A DNA stretch of 64,000 nt from Epithemia pelagica (Eukaryota > Protista > Bacillariophyta), in contig OX337233.1 of NCBI GenBank assembly GCA_946965045.2, forward strand, positions 1,860,001 through 1,924,000, written 5' to 3'. How positions within the stretch are numbered: position 1 is the stretch's first letter; each line of letters begins with the position of its first letter. The translations under genes were made by a program, and so were the position numbers. Of this stretch, positions 46,204 to 57,500 are shown piece after piece. The notes under the pieces were generated by a model that saw nothing but the letters and a program-made list of their open reading frames with translations, was not told the DNA's origin and did not search any database.

Positions 46204-47569
46204 ACAATTCGAAATGGACGGGCAAGGGAATCTAGTCGAAGAAGAAGAAGGCTGGGAAACAACAGCGGAAGAGAAACGAGTGTTGGATGAGTGGTTTTGT
46301 CATGCGCGACCAGGCGATCATTTGATAACCCCGTTCCAGTGTGAACTTTGCCATTTTCGGAACGTATTCAAAAGGGATCCTAATATGTCCAGCGAAGAAG
46401 ATAAGTGGGCTTTAAAATGCATTATCCGGGCCAACTTAGACGCTTTTTGGGCTCGCCGATCCAGCACCGTTCAAGGAAATACTCGAGAAATGGCGAGATC
46501 TATGGGCATTCTGAGATCCTTGAGAATCTCTTCGCCAACTTCTATCCATCGCCGAGGGCCCTATCCCATCGAAGACGTGATGGGGATGATACCGGCCATG
46601 ATCTCATTGCAGAGATCTTTGGACAAGGGCCGAAATTCGAAGACCATCCAATGGGACACGATGAGAGGAGTGCGATCGACATTTTCGAACTTCATTCACA
46701 CTACCATCTCTGGAACACGAGGGGCTGTTTTGAGTGACGGTCGTCGGTCGACACGAATCACTGAGAGTGTCGCCAATTCGCTATGGTTCAAGCGATTCAT
46801 GGATGGATGCCATGAGCAAATGGGTGATGTGAAAATCCAAGATGCAGCGATGTCCATTGAGTTGCTTTTGGAATTGGAAAAGATGTTGGATATACAGTTC
46901 CAGCAATTAAAAGAAGGCAAGGTTGATCAGTCTTTGTTTGAGGTTGTCACATTGGGAGCATCGCTCACTTTGGGTTTCTCAAGCGCGTTGCGAGGAGAAG
47001 AACTCGCTCACATTCGGTTGATGGAGACGATTGCTTTCACGAAACAGGGACTCAAGCATCCGAGAAACCCTCACATTCTGTTGGCTTTGGAAGGTCGATT
47101 CAAAGGTTTGATCGCGCGTCAAAAACATAAGATACCACTTGTCTTGACGACGCGATCTGGAATCCCAAATAAGAAATGGTTGCTTCGGTTGTTCCATGCT
47201 TATGAAGAATCGGGAGCTCGATATGGGCCGCTTCTTCGGGCGTCTTCTCGGAGCGAAAGAGCAGTGTCAATCCAACAATTGGACCTGTGGCTCCACGAAG
47301 TGTTAATCAAGTGTCAGAAACAACATCCAGAGTTGCTGGGCAATGACTTGGAATCCTTGGCAACTTACAGTTTTCGACGATCTCTCAGAAGAGGCTCGAC
47401 GACCCAGGCCAGGAATCAAAAGGTACCAAAAGATGTGGTGGTACTCAACAACCGCTGGCGATCTCAGGAACAAGCACGAGCACGGGTGGCCCAGTCTGAC
47501 ATGATCGACCTGTACACAGATGTCGTTGCAGCCCTATCAACATTGTTACAATATTCGGAAGCGCTATAA
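46028..47569 (+). CDS. Tyrosine recombinase of element 2 with N-terminal Cys/His motifs
   Basis: LRGEE, RSLRRG, NNRWRS, DLYTD, and N-terminal C-x-C-x-H-x-C and FQCELCH. Intact ORF overlapping the pol end. Confidence 0.9.
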   Translation: MTEMCCARYTGNLSHTRGIICANYGYARGHWKPCLGAYHAQCYVVPGDQDPFPRDLKPRQFEMDGQGNLVEEEEGWETTAEEKRVLDEWFCHARPGDHLITPFQCELCHFRNVFKRDPNMSSEEDKWALKCIIRANLDAFWARRSSTVQGNTREMARSMGILRSLRISSPTSIHRRGPYPIEDVMGMIPAMISLQRSLDKGRNSKTIQWDTMRGVRSTFSNFIHTTISGTRGAVLSDGRRSTRITESVANSLWFKRFMDGCHEQMGDVKIQDAAMSIELLLELEKMLDIQFQQLKEGKVDQSLFEVVTLGASLTLGFSSALRGEELAHIRLMETIAFTKQGLKHPRNPHILLALEGRFKGLIARQKHKIPLVLTTRSGIPNKKWLLRLFHAYEESGARYGPLLRASSRSERAVSIQQLDLWLHEVLIKCQKQHPELLGNDLESLATYSFRRSLRRGSTTQARNQKVPKDVVVLNNRWRSQEQARARVAQSDMIDLYTDVVAALSTLLQYSEAL

Positions 47570-47621
47570 CAGGTGTTGCCAGATTCACACCAAATTTTCA
47601 AGAGATGATACGGAGGGGGAG

Positions 47622-48056
47622 AGGATTGCACCTCAGTGCAATCTGTCGTTTGCGAACCCATTGACGGAAGAAGATGGGGTTCGGAGTTATTGGGGTTCTG
47701 ACCCATTCCCACCTTGGCCGGGGGAATTGGGTCGGACGGCTTTAGCGGAGGTTTACCCCGCGTGCCGACTCGGGATTAATATCTTGAGGACTACCGGCTT
47801 CGGGACTCGTACGATTCTTCAGGGGGTAAGAGCGGGACTCGCCTTGACAGCGGCAATCCCGCGTCGATTTTGGTATCCAACCACACCTTGATGTGATTTG
47901 ACACCGCTCCACTGGGAAGATGTTCCCCTTACCATAAGACGACATAGTCTAGAGGATTATGTCTGCTACTACCCAGCGTCATTCTACGACTCTTCGCCAC
48001 GTTCGGTCATGTGTCACGAGAAAGAGAACAGTTTGTCTGGAGGGAAAGAAAGTGCC
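47622..48056 (+). repeat. Split direct repeat B1 of element 2 (435 bp)
   Basis: Matches 48348-48784 with 3 substitutions and a 2 bp indel seen. Confidence 0.96.
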
Positions 48057-48316
48057 TTAATGTGCTCAAGCTAATCTGGCGATAAAGGCCCAAGAGACTT
48101 ACTGACGAACGCACAACTGACACATCGACAGAATATGCGACTGACTATCCCAAGACGATCTCGTGCGTATCTTGAAGATCAAAGATCTACCAGTTTGCAT
48201 GAAGACGACTTTGGATTGAAAGTTGATCGGGTCACTGTCTTTCAGGTTGATTGTTGGTTGAGGTGCTATACGTTGCAGGTATTGTATCTCCTCTTGTGAT
48301 CATCTGTTTTTGTTTT
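48057..48316 (+). repeat. Split direct repeat A2 of element 2
   Basis: Copy of A1, abutting B1. Confidence 0.96.
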
Positions 48317-48347
48317 TCCACCCTCCCACCTCCCACCCTGCGTTATA

Positions 48348-48784
48348 AGGATTGCACCTCAGTGCAATCTGTCGTTTGCGAACCCACTGACGGAAGAAGA
48401 TGGGGTTCGGAGTTATTGGGGTTCTGACCCATTCCCACCTTGGCCGGGGGAATTGGGTCGGAAGGCTTTAGCGGAGGTTTGCCCCGCGTGCCGACTCGGG
48501 ATTAATATCTTGAGGACTACCGGCTTCGGGACTCGTACGATTCTTCAGGGGGTAAGAGCGGGACTCGCCTTGACAGCGGCAATCCCGCGTCGATTTTGGT
48601 ATCCAACCACACCTTGACATGTGATTTGACACCGCTCCACTGGGAAGATGTTCCCCTTACCATAAGACGACATAGTCTAGAGGATTATGTCTGCTACTAC
48701 CCAGCGTCATTCTACGACTCTTCGCCACGTTCGGTCATGTGTCACGAGAAAGAGAACAGTTTGTCTGGAGGGAAAGAAAGTGCC
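48348..48784 (+). repeat. Split direct repeat B2 of element 2 (437 bp)
   Basis: Copy of B1. Confidence 0.96.
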
Positions 48785-49197
48785 GGGCTACGCAATAGAA
48801 ATTTTTCACATAGAAATATCAAGAACCGAGAACAAATAGACTCCTACGTAAAATGAAAGGCCGTTCCCCGTACACGTACAATAGAACTGGCGCGTCTTCG
48901 CACTAAGCTATGCAGGCTACGTGCTTTGGCTAGAGAGCTTCGGCGTAAAGCGTAGGGCGACAACCGATAACATGATGTTTATTCAAAGGAATTGAATTTT
49001 CTAACAAAATCCTGATTCTAGAATCACATCTGAATTGTAATCGACTTTGACGAAGGATCGGCTGGGTCTGTGGTAGTCGCAGACAGTGCAACGAAAGTCT
49101 TTCTAGCTGAATACTGAATATATGGAATCCAAACATGCAGAATTCAGCGGTTTCCAAGAGTAAAGCCACAGTTAGACGAGAAGAGACTGCTTGTTAG

Positions 49198-50451
49198 TCA
49201 CTTTTGCTCCATGTTTGATCTCCAACCTTCTTTGTGTTCTTCAAAGAAAGCCACAAACTTCTCCAGTGCATTTGGCATGATAGACTCTCCATACCCAACA
49301 CGAAAATAATCAATCTCAGGTGTCACATGATCAGTGAAGCAAAACGATGGTTTCATGGAGACCCCGCATTGACCCAACTGAGATCCTAGTTCTTCGGACG
49401 ACAGGGGTCCTTTGAATTTGACAAAGGCAACGGCTCCAGCCGTGGGTTTGACCCATTCCAACAGGTCAGGGTATTGATTTTCAATGACATCTTCAAGAAG
49501 CTTCAAATTTGATCGAAGAATGGGCAGGTTGCGTTCCAAGATAAGATCACTGGCACGCAGTGTCATGATTGCTTGGATTTCACTGGCACGACTGGGACAG
49601 GCTGTTCCAAAATACAATGTATCGAGCAAAGTTTGTCGCATGGATGTGTCTTGAAAGGCAATCCAGCCAATCGTTATACCACAACCTCCCCATGGTTTGC
49701 TCAGTGTCACAACTGACATTCCTTTCTTGTACGCATCGACCATGGCTTCAAGTCGATCCTTCGACGGATCGTGCTCCAACAAACGGTAGACTTCGTCACA
49801 CAAAATTACAATATCGTTCTCCTCAGCAATTGATACAAGTTCCTTTTGATCTTCTTTGGACAGGAGGGTTCCTGCAGGATTATAGGGTTCGTTGAGCAAT
49901 ATGAATTTGGTATTTTCTTCAATCGCGTCACGGACATCTTGCATGTTGATCTGCCATTTGTTGGAAGGTCTTCGAGGAATGTACGTCACACGACTCCCTG
50001 CTTGAATCGGCGCTTCAGTAGTACTTTGATAACCGGGTGTAAAAACTATAGAATGATATCCCTCGGTGGCATTCGAGGACATGTCTTTGCTACCTTCCGT
50101 TTCCAGTTGTTGTGTGGATGTTGGTTGGGTGGCCAGTACGGCAAAGGCAGCCGTTTGCAGAGCCACTTGAGCTCCCGCACATACAAGGATATTGTCTGCA
50201 GTGATATTTGGGCCGTAGAGGTTGGAAATTTCTTGCCTCAAGTCTTCGCTTCCACCATTGGGGGTATATGTTAGTCTGTGATTGTGATATTCATCGATCA
50301 AGGACTGATCACCACGAGCCTTGGCATATTCCACCAGTTCTTGGTGCGTGAGTGGTTCCGCAAAGGAATTCGAAAGCGAATATGGGCAGCCCTTGAACAC
50401 CTGTTTGTGCTTGGATGACCATGGTTGATTCAACCTCATGATGGATTGCAC
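49198..50451 (-). CDS. PLP-dependent class I/II aminotransferase
   Basis: YTPNGGSEDLR, NEPYNPAG, CDEVYRLL, TLSKPWG..GITIGW (PLP lysine). Confidence 0.88.
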   Translation of the reverse strand: MQSIMRLNQPWSSKHKQVFKGCPYSLSNSFAEPLTHQELVEYAKARGDQSLIDEYHNHRLTYTPNGGSEDLRQEISNLYGPNITADNILVCAGAQVALQTAAFAVLATQPTSTQQLETEGSKDMSSNATEGYHSIVFTPGYQSTTEAPIQAGSRVTYIPRRPSNKWQINMQDVRDAIEENTKFILLNEPYNPAGTLLSKEDQKELVSIAEENDIVILCDEVYRLLEHDPSKDRLEAMVDAYKKGMSVVTLSKPWGGCGITIGWIAFQDTSMRQTLLDTLYFGTACPSRASEIQAIMTLRASDLILERNLPILRSNLKLLEDVIENQYPDLLEWVKPTAGAVAFVKFKGPLSSEELGSQLGQCGVSMKPSFCFTDHVTPEIDYFRVGYGESIMPNALEKFVAFFEEHKEGWRSNMEQK

Positions 50452-50580
50452 ATCTTGCTCTTTGCACGAATCCTCCCACAGACAATAGATTCTCTTGGAT
50501 GAGTTCTTGGGAAATGGTCAAGGAAAATTTGTGCGATTGATTCACTCCCGGATACCAGCGCTCTTCGCGTGATCGAGATC

Positions 50581-50840
50581 TTGGTCGAGTGGTACGGGCC
50601 TTTGCTCATGATGGTCGGTGCTTGGGTGTCCAGGGTTCGAGTCCGCTGTGATTAGGTGGTTGGGAGGGCTAGATGTGGGGCCCGGAAAAACGGTTCGTCT
50701 ATGTGGCCCCTTGTCACACAAGCGGGGCTCCATGATTCCGAGTGCCATGGCGCCAGGGCAGTCGGTCGACTTAACCCCAGGCGGTAGAGTGGGTGAGCGG
50801 TGAGCGCGGCAGCTGGAAGAATAGATTCAAACCTTTTTTT
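50581..50840 (+). mobile_element. Putative tRNA-derived SINE (about 260 bp) with oligo-T tail and 19 bp TSD
   Basis: A-box-like TGGTCGAGTGG (50582), B-box GGTTCGAGTCC (50634), tail CCTTTTTTT. TCTTCGCGTGATCGAGATC occurs at 50562-50580 and 50841-50859. Confidence 0.72.
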
Positions 50841-51022
50841 TCTTCGCGTGATCGAGATCATTCGGGAACATCACGAATCACGAACACAAATAAAGGGAAC
50901 CCCCAAGAAAACACGAACCCAAGAGTCTCGAAGATTCGTGTTCTCACACAAAATTGGTCAAGTCGACGCCAGACTTATTCCTCTCTCTATCTCTTCTGTG
51001 TGACCACAGCTTCTTGTGAAAC

Positions 51023-52246
51023 ATGTTTGATATTCCCAAGGCCGGCATTCCGACGGTCGAGCCAACAGCTGCTGCTGAGTGGAACCCAGCCGATGAAGTC
51101 ATTATCATTGGTGCCGGTGTGGCAGGTATCTCCGCTCCCTATACCCTTCACTTCCTCAAGGTGCCTTTTCGAATATTGGAAGCCTCAGATCATCATGGTG
51201 GCCGGGTCCAAAGAAACGAACAGTTTTGGGGAGACAAGGGTGGGCCGCCCTTGGACATTGGAGCTGAATGGCTTCATACGACGCGCGATGCCAAGGTGCT
51301 AAAAGAGCTGCTCTTGATCGACAAGGATCGTGAGCACGTCGCATCTACCTTCATTCCAGAACAAGTGATTGAATACGAACCTCAAACCTAAGGCTATTAC
51401 AATCGTTGGCTTGGTGGCCTCCGTCGGTTTGATGCCCTGAAATACACCTACAAGGAACACAAATTCAAGACCACCACGTGGTCGCAATACGTAGACAAAT
51501 ACCGCTTTTCCTACGTCAAGGATCGTTTGGAAGTAAATGCGGTTGTCGCGGCCATTGATTACTCCAAGGAATACAAGGGCGTCAAGGTCACACTAACGAA
51601 TGGCAATGAGTATACGTGTGCCAAGGTGATTTGCACGACACCCGTATCAGTCTTAAAACGAGGAGATATTGAATTCATTCCTCGCCTCCCCAAATCCAAG
51701 CAAGGCGCCTTGGATAAGACTGTGATGAAACCTGGATTCAAGGTGGCAATCGAGTTCAAGGAACGCTTTTATGATACTGACATGTTCTACGATTTCACCT
51801 TTCTCGAGTCCCTGTTTTGGATGGCGTATGACATTGCCTCGGACCGGGTATATTTTGACGCCGTTAGCGGGAAAGGCACCGACCGACATGTACTCGGCAT
51901 TCACTGCTATGGAGCATGGGCCGAAGAGTGGTCCAAACTTGACAACGATGGCATTTTTCAGGCCGCCATGAAGAAGCTCGATCTCATGTACGACGGCAAG
52001 GCGACGGCCAACTATGTTCAACACATGGTCCAAAACTGGACGAAGGAGCCATATATTTGGGGAGGCTTTAGCAGTATGTGGTATGGAGGCTTGACGGAAA
52101 AGGAATTTGGTAGGACACCCCTGGATGACAAGGTCTTTTTTGCAGGTGAAATGGTCACCAATGGATACGGACCAACAGTACATGGGACGTCGCTTTCTGG
52201 TCGTCGTGCCGCCCTGAACGCGATTGGAAAACCGTACACGTGGTAA
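51023..52246 (+). pseudogene. Flavin-containing amine oxidase (MAO/PAO/LSD family) with in-frame stop
   Basis: IIGAGVAGISA, EASDHHGGRV, GAEWLH, WTKEPYIWGGFS, FFAGE, VHG..SGRRAA. TAA at 51389-51391 lies in an otherwise continuous frame, with no evident intron removing it. Confidence 0.8.
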
Positions 52247-52832
52247 TGTTCTCAAGTTATTGGGATTGTCCCTCCACGTACTTTTTTACAAGGGCTAAGA
52301 GTAGGGATTGTTCGTTTTTATCCCCTCAACTTTAGGAAACAAGTTATGTTGGAAAAGAGCTATCTCGACATTCAATCCACGCTGCCTTAGTGCTCTGTCT
52401 AGAGGAGTCTAAGGAATAAGGAATGCCCTCACAGAGAGCAGCGTCGCAATTGGAGAGGAATTGAAAACTGAAAGGAGGTCGCCACGCTGCAAGCATGCAG
52501 TTATCCGTGCCGACTCCAACGGACGTATTTCGCACCACGGTCGATCATAACAAACGCGGTAAGGAACGCTCGCGACTCGCCGTGCATGCGATCGCGCACC
52601 CATGAGCGAGCGCAGACATTGCCCCGGATTTTGGCTCTCCCTCAATGTCGTTCATTGTTCATGTGCGACACGGGGGAGGAGGTCGATTACTTCGTCGTTG
52701 TTACACTTGAATCCGGACTCACGATATCCAACATCTCGTTTGATCATCTCAACCAAAGAACTGCATCCATCGTCACATAGAATCTGACCTTAATGGGTCG
52801 GATCCTTGGGATTTTTCTAGAGTTATAAAACA

Positions 52833-55800
52833 ATGACATTCCTTCCGACCTTCCAATCACCATCACCGTCATTCTTCACGCATTCAAATGAGAAGGAACA
52901 GGAATTACATCAAAAGCGTTCAGCTATCGCAGTAACGCCATCTTTTCCTTCGACTTCCTCTGCACAAGATACTGGCTATGAAAATGATACTAGAGAGGAC
53001 CTGCATATGGGCAAGAAGGATAATCGAGGTGATGACAAAGATGATGATTCATCTTCGCATGGAAAATGGAGTTGGAAAACACTGTGCCGTGTCTCTCATG
53101 GCGCGTGGGTTCTGTTTGCACTGGTTTTCCCTTTGATTGTTGTTGTCTGGCTTTATTACGCCATGAAGCGATCCCTGGCAACAACAGCAATGACGACCAT
53201 CGAAGCAATCATACCTTCAGACACAACGACCGCGGCACCTCAATGGATGTACAAAGTAATGGCCTTTCGGAAGGCCCTCTTTTTGCAAACGATTGAGCCC
53301 GTCATTGTTACGCTTTTGGGACCTGTGGTTCCCGATCACCACCAGGATCACAATTATGACATGGCTTCCTCAACCAATCATTCCATGTGGACACCGTCCT
53401 CATCCAACAATGACACCAGCCATCGTCGATTAAACTTTTTGCCTTCGTACATTTCGCATGTGGAAGCATTTCATGAAACCAGCATGTCCTTTGCCACGCT
53501 CATTATGTTATTTCTCACATTATCGGCCGTCTTTTTGGTTTCTCTGGCATGCTTTTTTCACAACCAAAAAACCTCCCCTCTCTTTGTGTCGCCCCGTCGA
53601 CATCGCCTACCAAAGTTGGTGCCGCCGCCTCTGCCTGTGGACGGTTACTTCTCGTGGATTCCTGTATGCTTTTATTTGTCGGACGAAGAAATCATTCATC
53701 GGATTGGGTACGATTCCCTCATCTTTTTGAGATTTCATCGGTTGGCGCTTCGATGCATTGTGAAAATGTCCGTCTTTAGTTTTGTGGTATTACTGCCCCT
53801 CAACTTTACGGCGGGTGGACATGCCAAGGCACAAGATTTGAAGCAATATGTTGGATCCCTATTTTTTACCGACTTTTTGCGTTTCACCATGGCAAATGTC
53901 ATGCCGGGGAGTTTGAAATTGTGGGTCCATTGCTTTGCGGCGTATCTGTTGACGGCTATTGTGGTTCGAGAATTGTTGGTCGAATACGAAACCTTCAACA
54001 GCATTCGGCATCGCTATTTGTTGAGTCGTGAGCCTCATTTACGTACCGTCCTGGTGACTAATATTCCTCGCAATTTGCGGTCCAGCCGAAAGATTACCTC
54101 CTACTTTCAACATGTCTATCCCAATGGAGCTGTCAAGGTACGTAACTCCAGAAATTCATGTCTTTATCGATCATGAAGTCAATAATGAGGGCTGAAGGGA
54201 TAACGGCAAACTCATACATATTTGTTCATTCCTTGGTTTCATTTGCCCTTTCGCCGTGGATATGATTGGTAGAATGTCTTGTTGTGTCAAAATTTGATTG
54301 AATTGGAACGATTGGTGTCAGAACGAACCCATATCTTGTCGCGGATTGAGAGTGAGCTTTTACTTCTTTGTCGGTCGGAAAAGAAAAAGCTATATGAACA
54401 ATATTCCAATTTATGTTGTGGGTGCTGTTGTCCGAATCATGATACGACCACCACAACAACTCTGTCAGGTGGAGAACGACGACGGAAAAGCGGTTCCTGG
54501 TTCGTGTCCTCCACAGCCACAAATGTAACGGGTGGTGGTGCAACCACCACTTCCAACAATTCCTCGTCCTCCTCAGCATCATCGACGAAACGCAACTTGC
54601 TATCGTGGCAATTATGCTGTGATTGTTGGAGGGGTGGTGTTGATGGCACACAGGAACGACTTACAAACTTGTACAATCAATTGGAAGAATACAACCAAGC
54701 CATTGGGCAAGAACAAAGACGACGACGACGGGTCATGAAAATGTTGGATCGGATGGAATCCGTGGAAGGTGTGAAAGATATTGATTACGTCCTTAGTTCA
54801 CCCTTTGTCCAAAATAATACAAATGGGCAATCTGAAACAACCACAACCAATGGTGCTTCAGTGGGCGAACCATCCAACCCTCCCGGCACTGCTGCTGTGT
54901 CCCAAGCTGGAACTGAAGTCAACCCTCCAGCTTCCATTCCTGAAGAGGGAGAACCTCAGAAGCAGCAGCAACAACAACTCTCCACGGACAAGCCCACAGA
55001 CTATATGCTCTTGTCGACCGATGCTACCCCAGGATCGTCCGCATTGCGATCACGGAGTCCGTCAACACATGTTGGGGGAAAGACCGGAAGTAGCAAAGCT
55101 CAAGCAGGGGGTTCGGCAATGAAAATACAGCAACAGCAGCCATCAGACGTTGGCAAGAAGAACGCAATGCCAACAGCTCCGCCTTTTCTAAAAGCCAAAC
55201 ATGCCATTCGACGATACAGTCGAGTCAATCGAGAAGTGTCCTTTTTGGGACGCCCGATTCGATCACCCAATTCGTTTGGTGCCTCCGATAATCCCAATTA
55301 CAATAACCCGGCTGGTGGAGCAAACTCGACTACATGGAATTATAGCAACAACGCGAGTACTTACGCAGCAGCTCCCGGTGGTGTGGTGAATCCCTTTTTG
55401 GCATTTTCAGAACCCATGGAGCAGCATTTGAATGAAGTAACAGACAAAGCCTTTGTGGTGATGCGCACGTACACGGCCGCCACTATTGCCATTCAATCGA
55501 TGCATTCCAGTAAACCAGGATCAATGCAGGTCACCACGGCACCGGAACCACGCGATATTTTGTGGGAAAACATCTATGTTAGCAAGGGTGCGCAGCGGAC
55601 ACGGTCGCTGATTGGTGAATTCGCGGTCAAAATGTTAGTTTGTTTTTACATTATTCCCATTGCCACGGTGGCCTTATTGGTGAGCGAGTCGGCTTTGGTG
55701 TCGTCCTCACCCCGGTTGGCCCAATTGGATCAAGCATCAGCAATTTTCTCGGTTGCTATTGCCATGGTACAGCCTATTTGCATTGTCGGGCTGCAACAAT

Positions 55801-57245
55801 TGCTACCGCCTCTGTTTGTAGCAATCGGGCAAGCCGAAGGAAGAACTTCCTTCTCCGAAGTCCAAATGCAAGCTTTTTCACGATATTTTTTGTTCCAAGT
55901 ACTCAATGTGTTTCTGGTTACAACCATTGCAGGAACCATTTTCGATACTGTTGCTCTTATTATTGAGAAGCCCGAATCGGCATTTGAAATGTTGGGTAAT
56001 TCACTTCCACGGATGTCCTCCTTTTTCATCACTTTTGTCATCATGAAAACCTTTTTGGGGTTGGGAGCGGAGATGGTGCGAATTGTTGCCTTGGTTCAGG
56101 GTATACTCCGATTCATGATCTTCCCCCACGCCACGCTTCGAATGAAACGACAAGTCCTGCTCGGATTGCGACCCATGGATGATCCCGGGTGGTTTCCGTT
56201 TCACAAAATATTGGCACAGGATATGTTGGTGGTCGTGATTAGTGTGGTCTTTGCCGTAGTGGCACCACTGGTCTTGTTGCCTTGTGCCCTGTTTTGTCTC
56301 TTGTCCAGGGTAATGTGGACACATCAACATTTGTACGTTTATGAAAGTGTCTTTGAGAGTGGTGGACAATTCTGGCCCAAGATCTTTCGACGCTTTGTCT
56401 TTGGGTTAATCATTGCTCAAATGACTATCACTGGACAATTCATTTTGAAGGAAGCACGTCACGAAGCCTATGCAACCATGGCTCTCATGTTCATGACATA
56501 CTTCTTTTTGAGATCTACGCGTGCACGATACGATCCCACAAGTTCCACATTGCCACTAGAGGTGGCAACCGTCATGGATATAACTCTTCAACAGGAGGAG
56601 GAAGCACGAAATCTCAAACGACAACAACAGTCACCCGGGGAGTTTGACGATAAACGCCAAGCTCAAATACCACGTCAACCGGGCGAAGAAGGATTCGATC
56701 CCGTTTCACCTCCTCGTTCGGTCGCAAATTATCATCAATCTTCCACCATGGGAGGGGACTGTAACGATGAGGATAATGATGACGACGACAGTGACGAACC
56801 AGGTCGGTTTATCGGAGGCCAATACGATCCATTTCGCAAAGCATATGTTCAACCAGCACTTCGCGCCAACCCCAAGGCTCGTCCTGAACAACCCTTTCCA
56901 CCTGCCCAATTGGGACGAGAAGAAGCATTCTTTAACACAACGGGTGACCATCAAAACAATGTTGATACGTCAAATTCGGTTGATCTCGATGGTAATGGGT
57001 TACATCATGATAGTGCCGCTTCGGTACGAGTCCGATCTTTGAATCAGCAAGAACGTCGTCTCATCAATCGGTGGTGGAATGACCAGCTACAACGGGCAGG
57101 GCCACAAAATACCTTTATGGTATTGATTGGGGAAGAATGTGGGACGTTGACACTTTCTCCTCACAACCATCACCATCATCCCCACAATGGCAACAATGCC
57201 GCCTCGTCCAATATTATGCTCAACGAAACGCACAGCTTTGTGTAG
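52833..57245 (+). CDS. OSCA/CSC1 (ERD4/TMEM63-like) mechanosensitive/osmosensitive cation channel; intron 54138-54272
   Basis: IGYDSLIFLRF, LLPLNF, TMANV, LWVH, RTVLVTNIP, APEPRDILWEN, and a multi-TM C-terminal domain. Confidence 0.9.
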
Positions 57246-57500
57246 AATGGAATTTTTAAGCGTAATGTTATCGATTGGTCGATTCGGTTTGTCCTTGCTT
57301 GTCGCTTGGAAATGCGTCACCAATCATGAAACAACCACAAAATGATTCGTTGTGGGGAAATGAACAGTGATAGCGGTTTGAGCCTGCTGTTTAGGTTGTA
57401 CCCTATAAATCGCTTGCTATAGTATATCTATTACTCATGGCCTTTCATTCCTAAATGCTGATTTTCTCAGAACAATTCTTGGTGGTGCTACTTCTCATTC

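Larger units (their letters stand above)
39431..48784 (+). mobile_element. PAT/DIRS-like tyrosine-recombinase retrotransposon (YR element 2, 9354 bp) with split direct repeats
   Basis: A1(39431-39690), ORF1, pol, YR, B1(47622-48056), A2(48057-48316), spacer, B2(48348-48784). Confidence 0.95.

Noticed and set aside
48917-48955. Imperfect hairpin with GC-UUCG-GC loop as an ncRNA
   Set aside because: Short, with no promoter, terminator or family motif.
50581-50840. Functional tRNA, SRP RNA or RNase P/MRP
   Set aside because: T-stem and acceptor stem do not pair, SRP helix-8 and RNase P conserved motifs are absent, and the flanking 19 bp duplication favours retroposition.
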